Origin: Fimbriosthenelais zetlandica
Taxonomy: Eukaryota
Assembly: GCA_977030845.1 (NCBI GenBank)
Contig: OZ365113.1
Coordinates: 14,942,001-15,006,000 of the forward strand
Direction: 5' to 3'
DNA length: 64,000 nt
Position 1 is the stretch's first letter. The number at the start of each line of letters is the position of its first letter. A model generated the notes under the pieces. The model saw nothing but the letters and a program-made list of their open reading frames with translations, searched no databases and had not been told where the DNA came from. Both the position numbers and the translations under genes were made by a program. Below are positions 47,553-63,097 of this stretch, piece by piece.

Positions 47553-47856
47553 GTCGGCCATTTTGGCAACTTTTGCCCTTTTTACGATGAAACTTGCGGC
47601 ACTTTTTGCACTTCCGGACCTAGCTGTCGACGGTGCTGCCACGCCAGATGAACGGCGAACTCGAGAACTAAAAATGAGGCCCAGATTATGGTAGACTGTA
47701 GTGAGCGAGCGGCGTGGGGTAAGATTATGGGTATGAATGCTGGACCTCGTTTTAGTTACCTTACTCACCGTTTAGGCCTACTGGGCGTGACAGCACCGTC
47801 GACAGAAGTGCCGGAAGTTTAACCGTAAAAAGGGCAAAAAATTCAAGATGGCGGAC
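47553..47856. promoter_or_regulatory. Inverted-repeat element with outward-facing ETS and YY1 motifs in both arms (candidate bidirectional promoter or MITE)
   Basis: The left arm (47553-47647) and right arm (47781-47856) are reverse complements apart from a ~17-bp insertion. The right arm has CCGGAAGT (47811-47818) and CAAGATGGCGG (47844-47854). The left arm, read on the minus strand, has CCGGAAGT and CAAAATGGCCG. Confidence 0.55.
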
Positions 47857-48830
47857 AAAATGACAACAATGGAGCATTTCAAGACTTTAACATTAGGAAA
47901 AAGTGGAATTACTTAGCCGCAAGAATGTTTTGAGTTCCCCAAATCATGGGAATAGTAGGCCTAGAAGAGGGTAAGACGGTCATGTCTTTTTGGGCAATGT
48001 TAGGACTAATACAAATCGTTTTATTTGACAAATATTGAACATTCATTGTCGTCCACGCCGACCATCCCAAGACTCATCTCGATCGCCCCGCCTCCACCTC
48101 TCCTTCGATCCTTTATTGCCCTCTGTGGGGCGATCTCCTCTTAACTCCATCTTAATTAGGCCTAGGCCTAGGCCTACATGTCGCTACGGGTACCTAGCTC
48201 GATCTGAGTGAAGCGTCGTGACAGTCTGTGCCGGTGCTGTGACGCGTGACAGTCGACTATCACTATTATATAGCCTAGGCCTATAGACTAGAGTCACAGT
48301 TCAATAGGCTAATAGGCTACCGGTAGGCCTACGGTAGGCTAGGCCTAATAGTTAGGCCTAATTATGCACAACCAAAGGGACCTCATAGACACTGGCATCA
48401 ATTCTATGTTTATTCAAAACATTCAATTTAATGGAATTTTGAAGCAATAGGGCTAGGCCTATTGAAGCAATGGAACCATTTTGCATGAATTAATTGTTTC
48501 CATTAGGCCTATTAGGTATAGCCTACCTAGATCTATATTTGCAAATGTAGGCCCTATGACCGGAGAACTGCACCTCTTGGAGAACAATAGCCTAACTGTT
48601 CTATGGAATAGGCCTAACCATAGAAGTAGAGAATTAGAGAGACCTCTCTAGTTCTTGACGGTCTATGTTCTATGGTTCTATCAAAGAGTGTAGGAAGATC
48701 CTACACTCTTTGGTTCTATGGGTATGACGCGGGAAATGTGCACAGGGCGAAGCTCCCGCCGCCATGTGGGAAAATAAGAAACTACAACGCCAAGGTCAAG
48801 GTTACAACTCACAGAAGACCGCCCTCAAAC

Positions 48831-52179
<3,349 letters not shown>

Positions 52180-53192
52180 ACCTCAGACTAATATGATTGG
52201 TCCATCCCAATCATTCCCGGATTAATTATAGAACGATAACAGGAATTCGACATAATGACAATATCAAACTCAACTAACAAATCGAAATTATTTCAATGAG
52301 AAAGCTAAAATTGTCTAATCCAGGCTTCGGAATTATGATAATCGTGACAATCCAGTACTAATAATATGGCATGAGGGTCTGGGATCTCTATAAAATTATA
52401 TAATGGTAATGATAATGGCAAGCATGTGCTAATATTAATACAACCGTAGTAAGGTTTAGGATAGGGAATAGATGATCTGAATTTTCATAATACATCACTG
52501 TTTACCGTAACAGTTATCTAATAATATTCTTATAAAGTCTTGTCTAAATGGAATATGATAATCAAGAATATCCTTCCCATTCACCTTGGTGTTAGATTTC
52601 GGAGTATAGGATCAGGCTGGAACTAGTTTTCATAAAATGTATTTAATTGGGAATAGTAATTTTGTTTTCGCATTTTTGTTTTCGATGAAACTTTTGTTAC
52701 CTCCTTTTGTAAATTATTAACGATGGTGACAGAAAAATGGAAGTTTCCCTCTGGAAATTGTCCAGAAAACCTGGGACGTTCACCGGTGTGTTATATATAT
52801 GTAATAAATGTGTTAAACAGGAACCTACTCATGGTTTTCCTTTCCCACTAAATGTATTCTTAGACGACAGCTACACAAGTTAAGACCCAAGTTGAGTGTA
52901 GAGTAGACTATAGCTGCTCGATTAGTTTATTCAGGTTACTCCGAGAAGACCCATTATATGTTTTGTCTTCGTTGAAAAGAAAATCACGCATTATCTTTGG
53001 TGAGTGAAATCAAATTTATTTCTACAAATTTCTGCACAGCTCTTCTAAAACCATTTTTTCATGTATATAACGATAAAATTTCGTTGATATATATCATGAT
53101 AGTGATAAATATGTGAAATATAACAAAGAATCACAGACGTTTATAATATAAGATGCGAGGAACCAGCTTGTAAACACCAGATTTTTATGCTA

Positions 53193-53274
53193 CAGTCGGT
53201 TCACTCTAAGTTGATCCGAAACCACCATACATATGTACTGTGGTTTCGGATCAACTTAGAGTGAACAGACTAAG
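53193..53274. mobile_element. Second copy of the ~80-bp hairpin MITE
   Basis: TA|CAGTCGGTTCACTCTAAGTTGATCCGAAACCAC...GTGGTTTCGGATCAACTTAGAGTGAACAGACTAAG|TA belongs to the same family as 42799-42877. Confidence 0.9.
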
Positions 53275-53455
53275 TAAAAAAAAAAAGCATGGAACTCGTC
53301 TGGAGCAGTCATCTTCTTTGAAATTTCTTGTAAAAGACTGACCCGCCCATACATATTTCATTATAGGTTACGTAAGATCTCTTTTGAAGGTTTCTATGGT
53401 TCTATATGAGATGTTCTAATATAGCCTGCTTAATTCTAGCCGTTTTTTTCTCTGT

Positions 53456-56400
53456 CTAGGACATTCTCTGTCCTATTCTGCTGATGTTACCATTCCTCAT
53501 TCTGGTGAGGAGGGCGGTAAGCTCCTGTGGCTGGGCGTTACTCAGTTCCTCCTTGCTAACCCGGAACGTCCAGGCGAGGTAACGATCCATGTCGTTAGCG
53601 TCGATCTCTGGGTCGGCGATGGTAATGGCTCGCTTCAAATCATTCAATTCCACCATTCTGTCAACGAAAGACATTCGTTATAATTCTAATTTACATCAAA
53701 GGAAATTGTCACAGTACATTTTGAATTTTTTATCCTTGAACTTTTATTTCTAAATTGTCATAAAAACACAACTTACGAGGAATCGCCCATCTCTGTACGA
53801 ATGTCATCTATGTACTGCATTCTATCAGCCTTGAACTGACGGCCCAACTCGGCGAAAAAGGGAGGCAAACGAGCCTCATCCTCCTGTCAAATGAATTTAT
53901 TAAATTAATTATATTTTCTATAATTTCGTCTTGAGCAATCGATAGTAGGGAAAGAATTTTCCCAAAGAACTCCAAATTTTTTAAAGTACTGTTGTTTCTT
54001 GTTATCACATTTGTTTTCTTGTTAAAGTGGCGATAGTCACAATTGTTATCATTTTAATATATTTTCACCTGGTAGAAAAAACTCTTGTAATCGAGAGTAT
54101 CTGCCTCCTTGGCGTCCAGTTCAGTATCGGCAGCCTTGAGCAGCATGCCAATGTTCTCCTCGTCTCTCTGAGGGAAGAACTCCTGGAGAGCTTCCTTAAA
54201 GTCAGACTTACTGAGGATGCCCTGGTTACCTTTATCTACGTCCACCTTGGTCAGGCAATTCTCTAATAGACTGACCATGGTCAGTTGTGTGTGGTACAGT
54301 CCTTCATCAGCCTATTAAGTAAATAATCGTTTTAATTACCGTCAGAAACCACAAATACATATATGTATACATCTATGGTATTCTAGACATCTCTGATTAG
54401 ACAAATGATAGTAGTAAATGTAAATGAAGTCATGACCCAGGCGCCAGGGGCCTAAATGAAGACGTGTGTAAGTAGTATAGGTAGTTGGGCCCTAATCGCA
54501 GGCAAATTCAAGTTAGCATGGATGGACATAGTTATATAATAACTCCGCGCTTACCTCGCCTGAGAGAATGGACCAGAAAAGGCCAATCCTCTCGTCGTGA
54601 GCGTATCGCTGGCAGGCGTCATGTAGATTATACGCCCACTCTGAAACCATAGGTTCCACAGCAAAGCGTCTCATCAGATAGGTATGAACAAATTCTGACA
54701 AAGCCACCCGCTTTTCTTCCTCTGCATTTTGCTGAAGAAATACCAGTTAAGATCAATGTATGCTCATGTATGAAACATATATAATAACAATTGAACGCCC
54801 AATGCACATTGCTTGTAGCGATATGTGATACAATAGAAATGCGGAGTGTGAAAAACAGGGGATATATGCAAATGGGATGTCATGCCGTTTATCTGTTTCC
54901 CTTATTCACAGTATAACTTCAATCATAACTAACACATGCTGAGACATGGATATCATATATGACATTTCCAACTAATCATGCAATATCTATTATCGTCATG
55001 GCCATAATTATATTTCTTTAGAGTTAATTCTACGAATTCTACGAAACATGTGTATTGTGGAAATGCATGGTAAAATCGTTAAATTTTCTCTTTTCTCTTG
55101 ATTGGCCAATTTATTATGGCAAACGGCTGCATACATAACAAAAGCATTCATGCCCTATGTCACCTGTGTAGTTATCAAGACTTTTGTGACGCACGAGCAT
55201 TTATTATGGAGGCATGCATGTTTATAACACATGTGACGATATCTTATATCGTTCCATTATTCCAAGGAAATAAAATGAAGGCTGGACATCAGGGATACAG
55301 GCAGGAAATGATACATGCCACTTAATATATAATAGGAATGTGCTATGCCACTATGACGCATGCGGGCAGTTTTATACCTTAATCTTACGTCCTTTTTTCG
55401 TTTCGGGAGGAGGTGTGGGTGGTTTCATCTGGGGCATAATAGAAAATGTTTCTTCAACAATATTCAACAGCTCTCACCAAACATCAGCAGACTTACCCTC
55501 AGATTTGTTTTAAACCCGACCTCAGATGATCGGCCAAAGGAACAGTCTGTATTGTGTTACAGTCCTAGGACCATACAAAACTGTAGTATCAATGGGTCAG
55601 TCACTCCACGACTTACAAGGTGTAAAGGCAGAAAAGTTAAAGAATATAATATTCACAATTCAAAATACCTCTGCATCGTGCGCAGCTTTTTCTCTCCAGA
55701 TATCCTTGATAAGTAAAGTAGTATCCCGTTTCCCCAGATATCTGTTTCTTATCTGTCCCTCATACCGCAGGTAGATTGGAACTTCTGGTCCTGTACCCTA
55801 TATTGATTAAACAATAATTAATAAGGACACAAAATCAAACATATATGCCACAACCTTTTAATTTCATTTTGTTTTTCCTATCCTGTGATATCTAAGGAAA
55901 CTTTTACAAAAAAATAAAAATAAATCATGGGACAATTTACTCTTCTGTATTTTATGGTTGATTTATTAACTCACCAAACCATCAAAGAACTGCGCCCCGG
56001 CCTGTTCTGCCCCCGGACTACCAGCTATCTCCGCCAGGAGGACATCCACAAGCTCGTTACTAGACTTGCCTTCGTGCTCTTTCCACTTGATGATACCACC
56101 CGTGAGGTAATCAGCACACTTATCCCAGTCCGGTCTGTTGGAGGTGAGAAAAGCAATATTATGTAACTTATCGAATATCACAGTACGTGTGATTCAATTT
56201 TATGACCAAAATTCCTCTGACGGATGGGGGTCTGACACATAACGCCTACCTAATTCAATTTGAAGCCAATTAGGAAGACAACCATAGGCTATATGTTAAT
56301 CGAGAATTAATTATTCTGTGAATAACGAGAATAGGTTTCGATCAACATCTGAAACAAACTAACCACACTATTACATGAAGTGAGAATGAGGGACTACAGC

Positions 56401-59400
56401 CGATATGTAACTGCGGGCAACAGCCATGTCAGCTCTTTTGGAAAAGATGTGCCATAAGCTGCGAGATCTCATCATTCCGTAATAAATAACGATGTTGTCA
56501 GTTCAACAGCCACACCCAAATTAACAACTACATAATATATTAATGTATTTTGCACGGTTATCTAGACCAACTGTGCAATAAAAGAAAGTGAAGTCAGAGA
56601 TAACGTCAGCACCATTACGAAAATATGATAATATATATTAATGACGTAATGACGTGTGGGAACGCATTTATGAAAATATTTTCATAAGCTTTCAAACTGA
56701 AAATCAAGACTGGTCCCTTTTAATACATCGCCTCTCATTTCTATAATAAAGCGAGCTAGTACATTAAACTCGATCGTGCACCTAAGCCTCAAGGTTTGTG
56801 TATCAAGCATTGAAATATGAGAAACTTTCATACATGCTGTAAATCCAGCGGCAGAAGCGAAAAAATGAGCAGTCATTATACATTTCCAGTTCGTAGTCGT
56901 TCAGCTAATAGTTCCATATTATCCACTTTGACTCAAAATCGATCATAAATTGATATTTAAAATCACTTTTCTAAGCCTAAAGATGGACCTACATTCTTTG
57001 GATCCGGGAGGTGATAGATAGAAAGAAAGGAATTTTATTAATATCTTCGACGGATACAGAAATGATCGAGTGAAATGCTTTTGCTATTCATGGTATTTAC
57101 TCAGCTACTGTTCGTAATGATCAGTGTTGGAACTCGGTTACGGTATCTTTAATATAATAATAAACTACGCAATCAGCTAATTATGTAATAGATATTTCTT
57201 GATGAAGTGGATATGGTTTCATGTATATTGAAGAATCATATTTAATTAAATATCAGTACGAGAGCTGTGCTTCTGTCAATATAAGTTTAAATTTGTGGCT
57301 GTTTTTTCTTGTGTCAATTTACATGCAATGCATGCCTTTCTAGGTGAAAGAGAAACAAACTTGTGATACTTCGCTCATCAACACGATACAGACCAAATAA
57401 GCTCTTCAAATATATGTTGAAATTGAAACTGAAGATCTACAACGATCATACAATCAATGCTTATCTACGAGTTTCTAAATTATGCTAAAAGAAAATTGAA
57501 TATAACTTTCAAAGATTCCTGCTTCCATCCTCCTTTATGGATTGGAAATTTCTCTCTAGACATTCTAAAGATTATACCTATGTATGTCAATAACCTGCAT
57601 GGTGGATGACTAGACAAACGAGTGAGTCAGTGACAGCATGCAGATCCAATCGTGAGTACAAATATCAAATTGAAATTCATACATTCTTCCAGGGAGCATT
57701 AAATACATGAGACAAAAATCAGATCAGAAACTACGTTTACATAATGTTACGTAACATTATTTTAGGGGTAGTCAATGTCTTAAGTTTCTTAAAGTGGTTC
57801 GAAAAACTTTTAGGATTAGAACTGGTTATTTTCCAAGAGCGAAGCAAGAATTTACCTTGGAGTCGATCTGTGTTCAAGTTCCTCTAATTGTAAATAGTAT
57901 TTATCTCTGGCCGCAGTCACTTCCTGATGAGCATCTTGAAGAGCACTGTAATCAAGTTGGTTTCAGGTAAATCATAAATTAAATTATGGAAAGGAAACAA
58001 AAGTGTGATAAAATATTGTACCTCGGGCAAAATGTCCGATCTGAATTAGGTTTAGAAACTACTTACGCGTGTTCATCCTGCAACTTCTTGAAATTCCTCT
58101 GAATCTGTTGGATTTTTTCTTCCAATTCCTATGATATTTAAACAGGGAAACATATATTGAAAGACAACAATATATAAGTGCATAGGAATATCCCAAGAAT
58201 TCTTTACTATTTAAATAATTTCAAAAATTGTTTAGAGATGAATATCTTGGGGTTTCATCATTGGAAATGGAGCCTCACATTGAAATCTTTCTGTAACTGT
58301 TCGTAGTCTCGCCTGGGGATCACATCCCCATAATTCGCCTCCATCTCATTGAGACGTCTAGAAGCCGCTGCTTCATCCTCCCGAGCTTTCCTGACAATAA
58401 ATAACGTATCAATATTAATTTAAAATAATTCAGAATTGTTTAAGCTATTTTTTCTATTTCCATTTTAAATTCTGTAACATTTATCGTTCATTTAATTGCA
58501 AATGATGGTACAAACTATATAGACTACATGCCATGCAAAGGAAGGTGTTCGAGCATCCCGTTTTCAAAAGGTGAAATGAAGTGAATGTAACTAAATGACG
58601 AATGTCGAATGGCGTCAAAAGAAGACGCAAGAATGAAGATGACGGTGACTTTGCTAATAAGAGTAGACTGCAGCGCTAGTGCTATATTATATTATCGGAC
58701 CAAGCAAACAAAGGAAGGACATGGGATGCCCATCTCTGCACGTTCTATATAATAATTGCCTTGTCCAATTGAAATGCTGTGATGTATAAGCATATTAATC
58801 AGATAATAATATTTTGTCTTTACCCTTTTCTCAACAAACCATTAAGAAGGCTTTTCTTTTTGTCTCCTTTCTTGCCCGGCTTGGCTTGGTTTTTCTGCCA
58901 ACTTTAATGTCATTAGAAAAAAGTGTGTTGGAGTAGAAGTTTCAGCCACACAAAAAATGAGTATGCACATTAATTTAAAACAATATTGACTTTAGTATTG
59001 ATTAAATACAGTTTTCACCACTAATATGACACGATGCTTATATTATAAATTCAGCAAAAAATAATCCAGACATTCTTTTCCACACCCTAATAACTAGCGA
59101 TCAATCCGGCCACATTCCTACATAGGGCCATTCAAATATTACGTAACGGGGTAAGGGGATGGGGGGTTGTTACGCCCCACGTTGCGTTATAGTGTTACAG
59201 TGGGTGGGTTGTTAATTTAGGAGCAAAGACAGCGTTACGTAACATTTGTTTAATGGCTCCACTTGTTTACCCACCCTGCAACGCATATTTGATAAACATG
59301 ATTAGTTTGTTGAAATAATACTCAGTTACTGTTCGCTTTGGTGTTTTTTGAAGTAAAGACATTTTACATACCGGAGTGCTATCTTTAGTGTGACCGGGTC

Positions 59401-61635
59401 ATCCTGCTCGCCCTCGTCTAGCTCCTCCATGCTATTTTTGGACAGGATGATGTCCTCCTGCTGGTAACGCAACTCATTAATATCAGAGACGAGCATCTTA
59501 CGGGCATCACACTCGTCCCGGTATTTCTTATATTCCTCCTTCAATTCCTCTTGAAGTTTCTCCACTTGTGTTTGTAGAGAAACTTGCTCTTGGCGGAATT
59601 CGTCAATTCTACGGTAGAGGTTTTTGTTTTCTCGCTTTAAATCGATTATTTCTGCATTGACAATAGTTGAAGGGACGGATCAGTTGACAGTATATTGGTA
59701 TGATAGTACAGTTTGATTCACTAGTAGGTATTATAGTATTAAAGGAAGATACTTAGTATTAGGCTAGGACAACATAATATTATACGTTTACCTTGTTTCT
59801 CCTCTTCTCTCAGACTCATTATCTTTTGATCACACTGTTCAGAAACCGTGACAAGCATTTGCTGGAAAATCAAAACGAAATATTGATGCGTACATATATA
59901 CTGACGTGATATTGATAAGTTAACTTAACAACGAAAAATGTAATATACTCTTTAATAGTAACAGATACGGTCAAGGCAATATTCCCAAATCATACCTTCA
60001 GCGGTTCCATCTGTCTGATCAATTCCCGCTGGTGTGAAAGCATCATTTCATACTCATTTTTGATGCTTGATAGGAGTGGTTTGTACGTCTTAAAATCTTC
60101 AATCAGGTACTCAAACACTTCTCTATGGGCCTGAAAATAAAATAAATTTGAAATAATCGTACTCTTTTGCCATCGTTGCAAACATTGAAATAATCGTACT
60201 CTTTTGCAATCGTTGGTTGTTTAACTTGTCAACTTAATTTTTGAGAGAATTGAGACTAAATTAATTACTCATTTACCTGCAGCCTGAGTTCACTGGGGCC
60301 GACTTCTTGTACTCCCATAGCTGCTATCTCTTTCTTTAAGAACGCCTCTAGCTGCTCTAGGAAGCGCGGTTTGGGAACCATCTGTGGCTTTCCTTGTGCC
60401 TCTTCATCTACTACTCGGAGCTGTTTGTCTTTGGTTAGGGCTACAGAAGTCATTGATGTGGCTTGACCAGTTGCATGAGCCGGCCATGTCTCCAATGCTC
60501 CAGCCTTTGTATCTTGGTATGGCTTTAGAAGTAAAAAAAACCTCAAGACTAATATTTATCAATTTTAGGAAACGCATAAATTATAATAACCTTTAGAATT
60601 CATATAGCTGGACTGGTATTAACATAATATGAATTAGAAGGTAAGAAAGAAATATCACTCTCATGCATGCTTTATATTCATACACTTTAGATCATCTTAT
60701 TGACTGAATTTGTCATGACATGATAAAAAGTTTTTGTGTTTGTGCTTCAAACAGAAATGACATGCGCCAATAAATCATGACCAACTTCATTTCCTACCTA
60801 CACCATTAGATTCCATGCCAATGTCCAAGGCTCTCTACACTATATGTACATACACAACAAAATTAATTGGACATTATTCGGAAAAAAGCGAAATTGCTAA
60901 CATGAAATCGTATTAAATTTAAATTAACAGGATACCGTACTGATAGAAATTAGGAAATTTTAGATAAAGGACATACATGTAGATAATTCACATTTTAGAT
61001 AAACTCTAAAGGAAGAATTATGATTAAAATACCGTAGCCGTATGCCTATTAAACTTACTCGGAGAACATTTGGCGAAGGTAGATTATAGGTCGCATCCCG
61101 GCCGCCTATGGTGTAAGATGGACCTGATAGCCCTTCATACTTTCGAACACGTCTTGGAGACAAATCTTGTGCCCTTGTGCTGCAATTGTATAAATTACTT
61201 CATGAATTTACATTTAAAGCTGCAACCGAGGGAGACATTACTAGTCATCATATAGATCTACCATGCCATGCCCATGGTCATGGACATTCAATGCCAGGCA
61301 GTACTACTACTAGCCAGTAGTGCCTAGTGCGTGGCAGTAGCAGTAGATCTAGTACTATAAAAAAAAATTAGTCTACTACTAGTAGTACTACTATAACTAG
61401 TAGTAGTACTAGTACTAGATCTAGTCTACTACTACTACTAGACTAGTTCTACTTAACTATTATATATGTACTAGCCTAGCCCTAGGCCTAGGGCTAGGCA
61501 TTACATACAACGTACCGTACACGGTACGGTATCAACAATAACAAACGTGTTTATGTCAGAGCCATATTATCTACTTTAAAATACTAACCTTCCTATTGGT
61601 GGAAGTCGAGCAACAGTCATACGTTCTAACGCCAT
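53456..61635 (-). CDS. TSNAXIP1: Translin-associated factor X-interacting protein 1, ~726 aa, 15 exons
   Basis: complement(join 61635..61589, 61179..61059, 60522..60277, 60130..59996, 59861..59792, 59651..59372, 58390..58279, 58128..58067, 57945..57856, 56134..55975, 55797..55669, 54731..54555, 54311..54069, 53883..53777, 53657..53456), 2181 nt, phases consistent. It contains KPRFLEQLEAFLKKE..ELRLQAHREVFEYLIEDFKTYKPLLSSIKNEYE, NYGDVIPRRDY, STPRPDWDKC and WAYNLHDAC, with coiled-coil and EF-hand-like C-terminal regions. Confidence 0.95.
60148..60215. repeat. 31-bp direct duplication near the TSNAXIP1 exon 4 acceptor
   Basis: TTGAAATAATCGTACTCTTTTGC(C/A)ATCGTTG at 60148-60178 and 60185-60215. 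Confidence 0.9.
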
Positions 61636-61753
61636 TTGTAGGCGTCGTAGATATTGCTGAGTTTTAATGCAGTCAGCAGCTGGGCAGCTTTAATTACACC
61701 CAGGCTCCCAGCTCTAAAATGCGATCTCCATTTTCTGTCAAAATGGCGTCGTA

Positions 61754-61767
61754 ATTGTCATGGCAAC
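61754..61767 (-). promoter_or_regulatory. RFX X-box-like site upstream of TSNAXIP1
   Basis: GTTGCCATGACAAT on the minus strand (one mismatch to the X-box consensus), 119 nt upstream of the ATG. RFX control is typical of ciliary genes. Confidence 0.55.
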
Positions 61768-63097
61768 ACTACCTTACGTACCCATTGGCGGTAGAGGTTT
61801 TACGACATTAAAATCAATGTGAAGACATTAAATTATCTAATCTAATGATTAAGGTAGCCTATATAACATTAGTTTAATTGAATTCGTGAATAAACAACAT
61901 GAATATTACATTTCTGTGGTTAATCCCCGCGAAAACAATGTGAAAGCTAGTTTATGCACCTTCCGCCTCTTTGATTGGCAGCACTGTACCACACCGTTCG
62001 CTCACTACAAAAACAAAATAGGCTTACTAGGCCTCCACACAGTCCCAATTGGCTCTTCCCAATAAAAAACGTCATTCGTATTTTATGATAAGGTGAAATT
62101 ACAACTTATTTTACGAGGCTTAGAGGCTTTCACTCTTGTGAAGACCCTGGCCGCCATCTTAGATTACTATCACATGCCGCCAATAGTGGCAGGGAGATGA
62201 ACTAAAAGGAGGTCGATATCATATGCCTGCAAGAATAGTACGGTAGGCCTAGACCCAGGGTCTGTGGTCTATTTTAGGCATATAGAATTCATATAGGCTT
62301 AGATTTGTTTAAATTAGTCAGTAGATCTAAATGAAGAATTAATATTAACAATTAGTTTTAACACGAGTTTAGTTTCCTGTGGGTCTAGGCCAAGCATAGG
62401 AGTGCTAGCCTTTAATTTAGAGTTTAGCTAAGTTTAAAATTTAGTTTAGACCCCCTAGCTATAGTATTTTTCGAAAATTGTCTGGGGAAAGCCTCGGGAG
62501 GGGGGGGCAGTGAGGCTTAGATATCTGGCTACATGCCAAGGCCTAGAGGCTACAAGGCTAGGCCATACCACCACTAGACTCTCCCACTAAGATTACCGGT
62601 ATATAGGCTACATTCCGATGTATTTTTTGTTCAAAGGTATATAACATAGACTACTATTCTTCGCCGTCTATTTTTGTCAAAATGACAAATTTTGGTAAAC
62701 TAAATTTAGAGACTAAAATAGTTAAATATGCGCGTTAATTTTCACATCACGTCTTGCTTAAAAAAACATATATTTATTGTCCTTAATTTCTCATGTGCTT
62801 TAGAGGCGAAAACGAGTCTACACTTTTGACTTATGCTATAGGCTTATGCTTTATTTTGCTTTAAGTTCTGGAATAGGATAAAGTTAAAACTGAGTTGAAA
62901 TATTTTAAAATGACTTTTATTCTTCCATGGGAGAACATTTGGCGTAAGAGAAACAACAGTTAAAAACTACTAAAATGAATCAATATATACTTTTTTCTAC
63001 GGAAATTATATTGATATAGATCTATTTAAGTTATATAAATATGAACCATGAAGTTTTAGCGACATTCTAGATGATCATGCGTGTTGAAAACCATTTT

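Noticed and set aside
55496-55546. Possible TSNAXIP1 exon with a strong GTAAGT donor
   Set aside because: It has an in-frame TGA and no strong acceptor, and is not needed for the gene model.
58824-58894. Lys-rich 71-nt segment with AG/GT ends in TSNAXIP1 intron 6
   Set aside because: The length is not a multiple of 3 and the required phase gives a stop. The protein-like frame is out of phase with the flanking exons.
61759-61821. Short plus-strand ORF MATLPYVPIGGRGFTTLKSM at the TSNAXIP1 promoter
   Set aside because: It stops after 20 codons, and no good donor or downstream plus-strand exons were found.
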